Origin: Chloroflexi bacterium HGW-Chloroflexi-1
GTDB taxonomy: Bacteria > Chloroflexota > Anaerolineae > CG2-30-64-16
Assembly (NCBI GenBank): GCA_002842085.1
Contig: PHCA01000006.1
Location: 1 to 39,927, forward strand
DNA length: 39,927 bases
Reading direction: 5' to 3'
Shown here: one piece after another, positions 31,884-39,927 of the stretch
Numbering within the stretch: the stretch's first letter is position 1
How the letters are laid out: every line of letters begins with the position of its first letter
The notes under the pieces: generated by a model
What the model was told of the DNA's origin: nothing
The model's database searches: none
What the model saw: the letters and a program-made list of their open reading frames with translations, nothing else
Translations under genes and position numbers: made by a program

Positions 31884-34071
31884 CGCCAACGAGCGGCCCA
31901 CTGACCGCTTCCACGCAGGCCAACAACTGGGCAACCGAAAGCCCGCCCCCGCGCGTGATGCCGACTGCGTTGGTCACGATCGGCTGGCCCGTCGGGTCGC
32001 GCGCCGAGACGACGATCGCCGGAATGTCCGCCAGGGCCGGATCGGCCCCCTTGGCTGCCAGAAGTTGGAACCCGTCCATCCCCGGCATCACCAGGTCTAC
32101 CAGCATGGCATCGGGCCGCTGCTCGGCCAGGATGTTCAGCGCCTGCTGTCCGTCGGTCGCGGTGAGCACGCGATAGGTGTGGCCGCTGGAGGATACGATC
32201 CGCCAGAACAGCCGGATCGCCTCGCTCTCGTCGTCCACGATCAGCAGAGTCCCGCCTCGGAGCTGCAACCGATCCAGGGCCCCCAGCAACGCTTCCCTGG
32301 AGACCGGCTTGACCAGGTACTCGGCTGCGCCCACGGCATGGGCGGCCTCGCGCGCGCCGGGGATGGCACAGATGATCGCCGGCGCGCCGAACGGCAGCCC
32401 CGCCGACTGTAAGATGCGCTCAAGCGCCTGGCTCACCGCTGGCTCGTTCACCAGCAACGCCTGGGCTGGCACGGCCGCCAGCTCCCGGAGGGCCTCGTCG
32501 AGAGTGCGCACGGAGACGATCTCGACCCCTCCCAGGGAGCGACCCAGGAGCCTGTGCAGCGTGCTGCCCGCTTCCAGGACCACCAGCCGCGGGGCCGGAG
32601 CGGAGATCGGCGCCAGCGAGCCCCGGGGGCGCTGCCGGAACTCCCAGTCGGGCGTGAGCCAGCGCGCGGCGCCGCTATCCATCGGCACTGGCGGCGCCAG
32701 CGGCAGACAGAAGTAGATAGTCGTGCCGCGGCCCGGCTCGCTCTCGAGCCACATCCTGCCCCCATGCAGCTCGACAAAGGTCCGGCTGATCGCCAGCCCG
32801 AGGCCGCTGCCGCCGTGACGCCGGCGGAGCGAACCGTCTACCTGATGGAACGGCTGGAAGAGCCTGGCCTGATCCGCGACCGAAATGCCCGGCCCCGTGT
32901 CGGCCACGGCGACTACCACGTCGTTCCCCTCCGTCCATGCCTTCACGGTGGCCCCGCCCTGCTCCGTAAAGCGGCCCGCGTTGCTCAACAAGTTGAGCAG
33001 CACCTCGCGCACGCGCAGGGAATCGCAAAAGGCCCAGAGCTCCGGCGAGACTTCCACGTGCAGATCCAGGCCGCGCGCCGCGAACAGCGGACGGATCGCT
33101 TCGACGGCCGCGTCCACGATCTCGCGGAGCTCGACCCGTTCCCGGGCCAGGGCCATTTGCCCGGCTTCGACCTGGCTGAGGTCGAGCACGTCGTCGATGA
33201 GCGCGGCCAGATGCTGGCTGTTGCGGTGGATGACGGCCAGGTCGGCCAGCAGCGCGGCCGGGAGGCGGCCGTAGGCGGTCTTCGGGGCTTGCATGATCAG
33301 CTCGCTGAAGCCGACGATCATGTTGAGGGGGGTGCGCAGCTCGTGGCTGACGTTGGTCACGAACTGTTCTTTCGCCCGCCGGGCTTCCTCGGCCGCCTGG
33401 CGCAGGCCCTGGGCGAGCTGATTCAGCCGCGTGAGCTGCACGTTGGCGTCGGCCAGGTCGGCCAATGTCTGCTTGAGCTGCCAGCGCGCGTCGCGGCCTT
33501 CCTCGAGCAAGCGCTGGCTTTCCTGATAGCTCGACCACGCCCACTGCAGAGTCGTCCACAACGGTCGCACGGTCAGCCAGATCAACATGACCGTGCTCCA
33601 ACAGCCGATCAGGCTCACCCCGCGCAGGGTGGGATCGGCCGGCAGGAAGGACGGCGGCGCGCACCCGAGCAGGAGTGTGCAGGCCGCGGCCGTCAGCACA
33701 CCGGCCTTGATGCTCACGAACAGGGCCGCCAGCCCGACCGACCACGCCAGCAGGCAGAGCGCGGGGCTGATCCCGCTCCACGCCACGAGAACGACGTTGA
33801 CCGCGACACAGCCGATCACCAGCGCCCAGGCCGACGCCAGGTAGCTGATCCTGCGCAGCGCCCAGACAAGCAACTGAAGCAGGAGCAGCAGCACACCCGG
33901 CAGGAACCCCCGCACCAGCTCCGGCAGCCCCTGACTGATGCCGAAAAGGATCAAGCTGGCCCCGTACAGGACAGGCAACACCAGCAACAGACCTTCGCTT
34001 TGGATCTCCCGCAGGGCCAGCCCGGTTTCCGGCGGTCGCGCAGGATATTCCCCGGTTGCTCCAGTGGCCAT
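31837..34071 (-). CDS. Hybrid sensor histidine kinase (multi-TM sensor, HisKA, HATPase_c, two receiver-like domains)
   Basis: H-box FVTNVSHELRTPLN, N/G boxes LLNLLSNAGRF and DTGPGI...GGSGLGLAIS, then LLIVDDESEA...MLVDLVMPGMDGFQL. ATG 34071 with GGGAGG upstream. Confidence 0.85.
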   Translation of the reverse strand: MATGATGEYPARPPETGLALREIQSEGLLLVLPVLYGASLILFGISQGLPELVRGFLPGVLLLLLQLLVWALRRISYLASAWALVIGCVAVNVVLVAWSGISPALCLLAWSVGLAALFVSIKAGVLTAAACTLLLGCAPPSFLPADPTLRGVSLIGCWSTVMLIWLTVRPLWTTLQWAWSSYQESQRLLEEGRDARWQLKQTLADLADANVQLTRLNQLAQGLRQAAEEARRAKEQFVTNVSHELRTPLNMIVGFSELIMQAPKTAYGRLPAALLADLAVIHRNSQHLAALIDDVLDLSQVEAGQMALARERVELREIVDAAVEAIRPLFAARGLDLHVEVSPELWAFCDSLRVREVLLNLLSNAGRFTEQGGATVKAWTEGNDVVVAVADTGPGISVADQARLFQPFHQVDGSLRRRHGGSGLGLAISRTFVELHGGRMWLESEPGRGTTIYFCLPLAPPVPMDSGAARWLTPDWEFRQRPRGSLAPISAPAPRLVVLEAGSTLHRLLGRSLGGVEIVSVRTLDEALRELAAVPAQALLVNEPAVSQALERILQSAGLPFGAPAIICAIPGAREAAHAVGAAEYLVKPVSREALLGALDRLQLRGGTLLIVDDESEAIRLFWRIVSSSGHTYRVLTATDGQQALNILAEQRPDAMLVDLVMPGMDGFQLLAAKGADPALADIPAIVVSARDPTGQPIVTNAVGITRGGGLSVAQLLACVEAVSGPLVGATPPGRPAQPAGSSG

Positions 34072-34108
34072 GTGCCCCCTCCCGGCTGTAGTTCGTGGCT
34101 CCAGACCA

Positions 34109-34921
34109 TTATCCACCGGTAAGTCCCGCTTGGCGCAACCAACGATTGGTCTCACGAATCACAGCATCCAAATGCGGCAGGTCCGGCATCTGTCCTTGCA
34201 GCCGTGGCTCCCATAGCCTGCGCAAAGTCTCCTGTTTGCGGGTCAACACGCCTTCCAGTTCAGAGCGGTCCACCTTGTTGTGCGCCATCTTCTCATCCAC
34301 GCGATGAGACACGGCGCGTGCGTCCGCCAGGCCATGCTCCAGGATGTAATGCACATCATACAGGTCGCGTGGCTCTGTACGTCCCAGTAGCGCGCACAGC
34401 TTTTCGGCCAGGATCTCTTCGGGCGAGTAGACGCGCAGCGTCTGGTTACGCGACCGGCAATCGCTGTATGGTACATGCAATGGGGCTTCGACGAGTGGGA
34501 ACAGGAGCACCTCGTCACGCGTGAAATCGGTCTTGAAAAAACGACTGCTCACATCGCCGCCCAATGGGCCACCGTAGTTCAGGTAGATCGCCGGATTCCC
34601 CGTCTGATGTATCTCCACGCGGCGAACGGCAAGCGTGATGTTCACCTCGCGGCGCAGCCAGGCAAAGAGGGTTTCCACCGCAGCGGTAAGCTCTGCATTG
34701 GAGATGTTATCGAGCAGCGTGAAGTCCAGGTCTTCTGAGAACCGATAGTCTGGCACATAGACCTTCTTGAGCGCTGTGCCGCCCTTGAAGGCCAGGCGAT
34801 TGCGCAGCGGCGATTCTGCGATCGCCAGCAGTGTCCACGTCAGTACGTAGTCCTTTTCGATGGTCTTGTCGCCGAGACTCAGCCGATGGGCCAGGCGCGC
34901 GATTTCTCCGGGTTGGATCAT
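34109..34921 (-). CDS. abiEii: AbiEii/AbiGii-family nucleotidyltransferase toxin (type IV TA)
   Basis: LAFKGGTALKKVYVPDYRFSEDLDFT and later RDLYDV motifs typical of DUF1814/AbiEii. Confidence 0.85.
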   Translation of the reverse strand: MIQPGEIARLAHRLSLGDKTIEKDYVLTWTLLAIAESPLRNRLAFKGGTALKKVYVPDYRFSEDLDFTLLDNISNAELTAAVETLFAWLRREVNITLAVRRVEIHQTGNPAIYLNYGGPLGGDVSSRFFKTDFTRDEVLLFPLVEAPLHVPYSDCRSRNQTLRVYSPEEILAEKLCALLGRTEPRDLYDVHYILEHGLADARAVSHRVDEKMAHNKVDRSELEGVLTRKQETLRRLWEPRLQGQMPDLPHLDAVIRETNRWLRQAGLTGG

Positions 34922-34924
34922 GGG

Positions 34925-35746
34925 TCACGTCCTGATGACAGACTCCAGGGCTGTCGGCTTGAGATTGACGCGCAGCCGCCAACGCGCCAGGTATGGGCCC
35001 TCGTCGGGCAACAGCGGGTCGAGACGGACGTACCCGGTCGCTGTCAGTGCTTGTAACCGTCCGATCAGCGTCGAGGAGCCCAGTTGGAACAGTTCCAGCA
35101 GGTAACCGAGGCGTTGCGCTACAGCCTGGACTCCCAGCCGCTCGGCGTAGGCCCCTAGTTTATCCCAATCCAGATCAGGATGGCGCATCCACAATGCCGT
35201 GGCCACCTGGCTAATGCCGGCACATAGGTCGGGTCGGGACAGCCCATCGAGCAAGGTTCGCTCCAGGTCGCTGACGACCACCTGTTCGTATGGCGTGACC
35301 CAGACTGGCGTATGGCCCCATAGTGCAGCCGGCGGAGCATAGACGCAGCGATACGGGATGCCCAGGATCTCACGCGTCGCCAGCCGCCGCGATGACGTCA
35401 CGGTGACGATGGTTACGGGCCGGGTCAGCATATTGTGGACGTCCATGGCGCTGTCGTGAGAGACATAGTATGGCGCGGGATCCAGCAACTCACGTGCGAT
35501 GACGTACCGATTCACCTGGGGTGCGGGCGTGCTGCCGGATGAGAGAGGTACAATGGCATAGCGGCCGGCTGTCAGGCGAACGACCCAGCCGGCGCGCGCC
35601 AGCCGGCGCAATATTTGCAGAACCGTGCCGTAGTCACTGCCGATCTCTGCTTGCGCTTCGGCGATCGAGAAGATGGGCCGGTCCCGCTCGGCCAAGGCTG
35701 TGAGCAGGCGGGCACCGGCCGGCCCGATGGTCTTACTGGACATCAT
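34925..35746 (-). CDS. abiEi: AbiEi-family antitoxin / transcriptional regulator
   Basis: N-terminal wHTH (IFSIAEAQAEIGSDYGTVLQILRRLARAGWVVRLTAGRYAIVP). 3-nt gap to abiEii. Confidence 0.8.
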   Translation of the reverse strand: MMSSKTIGPAGARLLTALAERDRPIFSIAEAQAEIGSDYGTVLQILRRLARAGWVVRLTAGRYAIVPLSSGSTPAPQVNRYVIARELLDPAPYYVSHDSAMDVHNMLTRPVTIVTVTSSRRLATREILGIPYRCVYAPPAALWGHTPVWVTPYEQVVVSDLERTLLDGLSRPDLCAGISQVATALWMRHPDLDWDKLGAYAERLGVQAVAQRLGYLLELFQLGSSTLIGRLQALTATGYVRLDPLLPDEGPYLARWRLRVNLKPTALESVIRT

Positions 35747-35783
35747 TATGGTCTCATGTGCGATTAGTGTCTTCTATCGTTAT

Positions 35784-35811
35784 ATTCTATGCATAAGACC
35801 TCATTTGTCAA
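35784..35811 (-). promoter_or_regulatory. Candidate sigma70 promoter of the abiE operon
   Basis: On the minus strand: TTGACA (35811-35806), 16-nt spacer, TAGAAT (35789-35784), in a locally AT-rich patch. Confidence 0.55.
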
Positions 35812-36283
35812 TGTCGCCAGGTTCGTTGAGTGCGCCACCGCCTGCGGCGTGCGCGCCCCCGCAACTCGGCAAATCGCCTGCTCCAAAGGACGGCTCTGCC
35901 GTGCCGGTCTTGCACAGTATCTACTTGCCCTCCGCCCCCGTCCTCTCCCCGCCGGCCGCCAGGCCGAGGGCGAGAGGCGGGTGGCGGCTGCGCCCGCTGC
36001 CGGTGGCGCTATGCGCCTGGCCGCATTCCTTCGACTGCGTCCGGCACACAACGCCGGACTCCGCTCACGCTACGCAGTGCTCCGCTAAGCAAAAAACGCA
36101 GTCTGTGCCCGCGCGCAGTATAGCACAAGCCGGGGTGGGGGCAAGTTGGCCGCCACAGCACCGCCCTGCAACCAGTACATGCGCTGCTCCCGCCGGGTCA
36201 GTGACCCACCGGGAGCGAGGGTGCGCCTGTCACGCTGAGCGGGTCGGCCAGGCAAAGTCCACCGCCCGAACCTGCCGCTGGCA

Positions 36284-38957
36284 TCAGGCGGAGCACAGAT
36301 AGCGCAGCAATCCAGCCAGGTAGCTTGTGGCCAGCGGCTCCGCAGGGAAGCGGCAAAGCGCCTCTACCTGAGTGAAGAGCGCCTTTCCGGGCACGGCCGG
36401 CATCTCGGCCACCACGAGATGTTCGAGCGGGACGTTCTCCAGAGAGCCAGGAGGGGCAGAGGAGGCGGTAAAGACCACGGGCGACAATCCCTCTCCGTCC
36501 AGGACGTGGCGGAAGGTGGGCTCGATGCGCCCCGCCCCTGGATGATACCAGTAGGCCAGGTCAAAGGGCGCAAGGGACGCTACGGCCGGGTGGCCAGTCT
36601 TGCGCGAGGCGAAGTAGCACGGGTCGAAGGCGCGCCACGTCACACGCTGTCCGGCCACGTGCCAGGTTCCTGCGGGGCTTTCCTGTTCCAGGCACAGCAG
36701 CCGGCCGCCGGCCGTCCAAAAACGCGCCAGCAGGTCCCCTACGGCCCCCAGCGCATCGGGGTGATCGGCCAGGGCCAGGCCACAGGCTGTGAGCGGCCCT
36801 TCGACTGCGCTCAGAGCTTGCCCTGAACACAGTGAAGGGACAGGCGCCACGACGAACGGCGCCGGCTGCATCCCCAATGCCTCTGCGAAGCGCCAGGCGC
36901 GGCCGTCTACGGCGCCGAGAATGGCGGCGACCCGGCCGCGAGAGCGCCAGGCCCACGGTGAAGCGGGTTCGCTCCGCCACCTCGGGGGTCTGCCAGGTGA
37001 TGTCCCCCTGGTAGGCGGCCGCGGACGGTCGCACGTCGGCCCTGGCCCGCGACGAGAAGATGACCTGGCCTCCCTGCTCCGCCCACCAGGCGATCTGCAG
37101 GCCGGCCGGCGCCCGAGGGCGGTCGTTCAGCACCCACACCTCGACCTGCAGGCGCTCCCCGCCGTAAACCTGGCCCCGGTCGGTCCGCAGGTTGACGGCC
37201 AGGGGGGTCAGGCTGTCGGCCAGCGCGAAGTAGGCCGGCTTGGGGCGGCGGTCCACGCCCACGATGCTCTTGAGCCAGCCGGCCGGCCAGGCGTCGATGC
37301 CGAGGTGAACGGCGGTGCTCACCAGGATGTCCGCCCGGCGGCGGAACGCGTCGGTCATCAGGCGCAGACCCCCTGCCTGGTGCCGCTGGCTCTCCCGCAC
37401 CCACTCCTCCAGGGTCTCCTGGGGATCGAAGAACTTGCCGTGCATGGCGTAGGTCTGGCTGCCGTAGACGGCGCTTGGGTTCCAGGCCGCGTCGGGCCGC
37501 TCGGGGAGCCACGTCTTCGGGTAGCAGTCCCGCATGGTCTCCCAGGAGTCCAGCCCCTCGATGCCGTATTCACCGCAGCCGCCCCGCCAGCCCGGTTTCA
37601 GCGGCAGCAGCCAGCCTTGGTGCAGCTTGCCGACGGGAATGCCGTGGTTGTTGTACCAAAGGCAGTAGCAGTGCGCGTCGGGCAGGCCGGGCGCCGGGGG
37701 GTCGTAGTCGCCGTCCACCGGCTTGACCACGCGGTCGGGGTTGTGGACGTGGACCACGGCCGTGGCCGCGGCGAAGAACTCCTCCAGGGTCGTCCGGTCG
37801 AGCATCCGGGCGTGGTGCGCCGTGCCGGGCGCGAGGCCAAAGGGTTCGTTGATGAACGAAACCATGATCGCGCTGGGATGGCGGCGGATCAGCCGCTCCA
37901 TCTCCCCGGCCTGGCGCACGGCCTCGCTGAGCTGGTTGAACCGCAGATAGCCGAAGAGCGGCAGGTCGCACTGGTGCATCAGGCCCAGGGCGTCGAAGAC
38001 GTCGTAGACCTCGTCCTGCACCGGCCGCTGGGTGACGCGCAGGAAGTTGAAGTGGGCCGCCTTGTAGATCAGGACGTCTTCGATCAGTTGGTCGAGCCGG
38101 CCCACGGCCACGCAGCGCTGCTCGTGGCCCATGGTGTTGGAGCCGCGCAGGAAAACCGGTTCGTTGTTCAGATAGAGGGTGCCCTGTGGCTCGTTGGCCG
38201 TGTCAATATGGAACTTGCGCATCCCGAACGACACATCGCGGCAGTCGCGCGCGCCGCGCGCCTGGACTTCCACTCGCAGGGTGTAGAGAAACGGGGTTTC
38301 GGGCGACCACCGGCAGTAGCCGGCCATCGCCAGCGGGATGCGGTAGAGGTTCGGCCCTGGGCCGGCCGGCGGCGCCTCGGGTCGGATGCCTTCGACCGCC
38401 TCGCCCGCGAAGTTGCGCGGGTAGATCGAGAGGGCCAGGGAGACCGGCTCCTTGCTGACGACGGCGTTGGTCACTTCGACCCACGCTTCGGCCGTGTCGC
38501 GATCAACGTCGGGCCGCACCCACAAGTCGGAGATGTACACCGCCGGCCGGCCTTCCAGGTAGACGGGCTGGTAGATCCCCGCGCCAGGCGGGCAATGGCA
38601 CCAACCGATCCCCGGCTCGTCCCAGCCCGGCCCGGTCGCCGCATAGAGCTTGTCGCCGTCGAAGTCCGGCTCGCTCCAACTGCCGCTGCCGATGGTGGGG
38701 TAGTCGTTTTCCACCCGCACCAGGAGGAGGTTCTCCCCGCGCTGGATCACGTCGGTGACGTCGAACTCGAACGGCGCGAAAAAGCCCTCGTGCGACCCGA
38801 CGCAGACGCGGTTCAGGAACACCTGGCAGCGGTAATCCACGCCGCGCAAGACAAGGAAGACCCGCCCTGACGCAAACAGGGCCTCGCCCGCGGTAAAGGC
38901 AACGCGATAGTAGGCCGCCCAGCGGCCGACGGGGCCGCGGTAGTGCGGGATGGCCAC
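36284..38957 (-). pseudogene. GH2-family glycosidase (beta-mannosidase/galactosidase-like) with at least one frameshift
   Basis: GH2 sugar-binding, Ig-like and TIM domains (VFLVLRGVDYRCQVFLNRVCVGSHEGFFAPFEFDVT, FNFLRV, SFINEP, GCGEYG). The frame changes near ~36935: ..TVGLALSRPG then Arg-rich nonsense, while the +1 frame continues VAAILGAVDGRAWRFAEALGMQPAPFVV.. to the stop at 36284. Confidence 0.7.
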
Positions 38958-39072
38958 CGTTTGCCATGCCCCGGCATCGCTGTAGGGGCGATCGGCGTCG
39001 CCAGGTGACGGTCGGGCAAACGCAAAGGTGGGATCGGCTGCAGCTCGGGGCGGGATGGCCGGGCGGGTTGCA

Positions 39073-39120
39073 GCGCGATGGCAGCGAAACGATCAGGCGC
39101 GATGGCAGCGAAACGATCAG
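39073..39120. repeat. Perfect 24-bp tandem duplication
   Basis: gcgcgatggcagcgaaacgatcag x2 (39073-39096 and 39097-39120). Confidence 0.95.
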
Positions 39121-39203
39121 AGTCGGGCATTGGCATTCTGACAGCAGCTCCTCGGCCAGGTAGTAATGGGCGCCGTTGTTCGGCTGGATTTCAGCGCGCT
39201 AGA

Positions 39204-39449
39204 TCAGGACGGTTTGCCGGCGCCGCCGCCCAAGATGCGCTCAAGACAGCGCAAACTGGCGCGCTCTTTGCAGGTGTCCAGGATCCGCCGCTTCTCGCGT
39301 GCCGAGTAGCCGGTCGCAGGTTCGGGGACCCGGTGGGCGCCACAGTCCTTGCAGTGATACTGCGCACTGCCGCACTTGTTCGGGCCATTGCGGACGATGT
39401 TTGTGCTGTCGCAAACACGGCAGCGGTCGGTGATGGTGATCTGGATCAT
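39204..39449 (-). mobile_element. IS1-family transposase N-terminal (InsA-like zinc-finger/HTH) fragment
   Basis: MIQITITDRCRVCDSTNIVRNGPNKCGSAQYHCKDCGAHR...YSAREKRRILDTCKERASLRCLERI. It terminates prematurely and no catalytic domain is present. Confidence 0.65.
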
Positions 39450-39474
39450 GGGCCCATTATACACCATCACTTAC

Positions 39475-39753
39475 CTTTCTACCACTACCTTCGTGCGAAC
39501 CGTGACGCGGAAGACGGGCGGCAAGCTGCCGATCGTCGCCAGCGGCGGGATCATGAGCCCGGACGATGCCGCGGAGAAGAGCGACGCCGGCGCAACGCTG
39601 ATTCAGCTCTACACCGGGTTGATCTACCAGGGCCCCGGTTTGGTCCGTGACGTGCTGGAGCATGCCTGCGGGCCGGCGGCCGCTCCCTTCCCGCACGGCG
39701 TCCGGCGCCGGCCGGGCCTCCTGCGCCCCAGCCTCCCGTGCGTGTTGACCTGA
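39475..39753 (+). pseudogene. pyrD: 3' fragment of dihydroorotate dehydrogenase
   Basis: LSTTTFVRTVTRKTGGKLPIVASGGIMSPDDAAEKSDAGATLIQLYTGLIYQGPGLV matches the PyrD C-terminal pattern. Nothing PyrD-like lies upstream. Confidence 0.65.
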
Positions 39754-39773
39754 CTCCATATGGGTGTTACAAT
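39745..39773 (+). promoter_or_regulatory. Strong sigma70 promoter with extended -10 upstream of the response-regulator gene
   Basis: TTGACC (39745-39750), 17-nt spacer ending TGt, TACAAT (39768-39773). Confidence 0.65.
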
Positions 39774-39846
39774 TTGACTCGTCGGCCCACCGGATGTGGC
39801 AACCCAGTGGAGGCCTGAGTAGTTACTGCTATGGAGGTGTAAGCGG

Positions 39847-39927
39847 ATGCAAGCAATTCGAGTCGTATTAGCTGACGACCATCCGGTGGTGCGAACGGGC
39901 ATTCGCACTTTCCTGGAGCAAGCTGCT
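39847..39927 (+). CDS. Response regulator (NarL/LuxR-type receiver N-terminus), partial at window end
   Basis: MQAIRVVLADDHPVVRTGIRTFLEQAA. GGAGG 9 nt upstream. Confidence 0.75.
   Translation, partial: MQAIRVVLADDHPVVRTGIRTFLEQAA

Noticed and set aside
35673-36302. Overlapping ORFs (209, 99, 97 and 95 aa) in the 35830-36283 gap
   Set aside because: The region consists of REP-like G/C-rich palindromic units (for example ccgcccccgtcctctc...gagaggcgggtggcgg). All frames are open because of GC content, and no coding signature is recognisable.
38503-39190. Third open frame upstream of the GH2 gene (..AEIQPNNGAHYYLAEELLSE..) as the end of another gene
   Set aside because: It is only a short sensible-looking stretch, bounded by a TAG at ~39191 and running into alternative-frame GH2 sequence. 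Without a database search I cannot distinguish it from chance.

Overview
High-GC bacterial chromosomal segment. The repeat content and gene styles suggest a filamentous Chloroflexota-like genome, but that is low-confidence inference. Layout, left to right: (1) Positions 1-2339, minus strand: a PadR / 4Fe-4S ferredoxin / NifX-like / Mrp(ApbC) operon, divergent from an N-terminally short DUF2202 ferritin-like ORF. (2) Positions 2888-12871, plus strand: the centrepiece, a long co-directional cluster starting at a near-consensus sigma70 promoter in a visibly AT-rich island. Its order is HTH-PocR regulator, TusA, two DsrE-family proteins, a GcvH-like lipoate-binding protein, an Isp-type [NiFe]-hydrogenase block (hynS-isp1-isp2-extra STAS-like ORF-hynL-hynD), a lipoate-protein ligase and a DsrE gene remnant. 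(3) Positions 12871-13900: a rearrangement scar with a 5'-truncated mmsA and an orphan terminator. (4) A GH29 fucosidase, then a MacB/FtsX-type ABC exporter (2 ATPases, a 2xFtsX permease, and an adaptor gene carrying an in-frame TAA). (5) A decayed DUF234-type ATPase. (6) A minus-strand carbohydrate-uptake locus: large solute-binding protein, 2 permeases, a DUF4838/GH20-like protein and a CBM-like lipoprotein. (7) A convergent REC-containing regulator and a hybrid histidine kinase. (8) An AbiEi/AbiEii type IV toxin-antitoxin pair. (9) A frameshifted GH2 glycosidase. (10) An IS1-family fragment abutting a pyrD 3' fragment, then the start of a NarL-type response regulator. The window is densely seeded with at least three repeat classes. 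These are tandem 7-8 nt oligomer arrays that form hairpins at intergenic junctions (GGTAGATT family and others), a MITE family with GTAACTACTCAGC termini (one copy has an 8-bp target-site duplication), and G-rich REP-like units. One G-rich unit is expanded in-frame inside the hydrogenase maturation protease gene. Most interesting: the accessory set of sHdr-type sulfur oxidation (TusA/DsrE/LbpA/lipoate ligase) surrounds an Isp-type hydrogenase here instead of Hdr genes.
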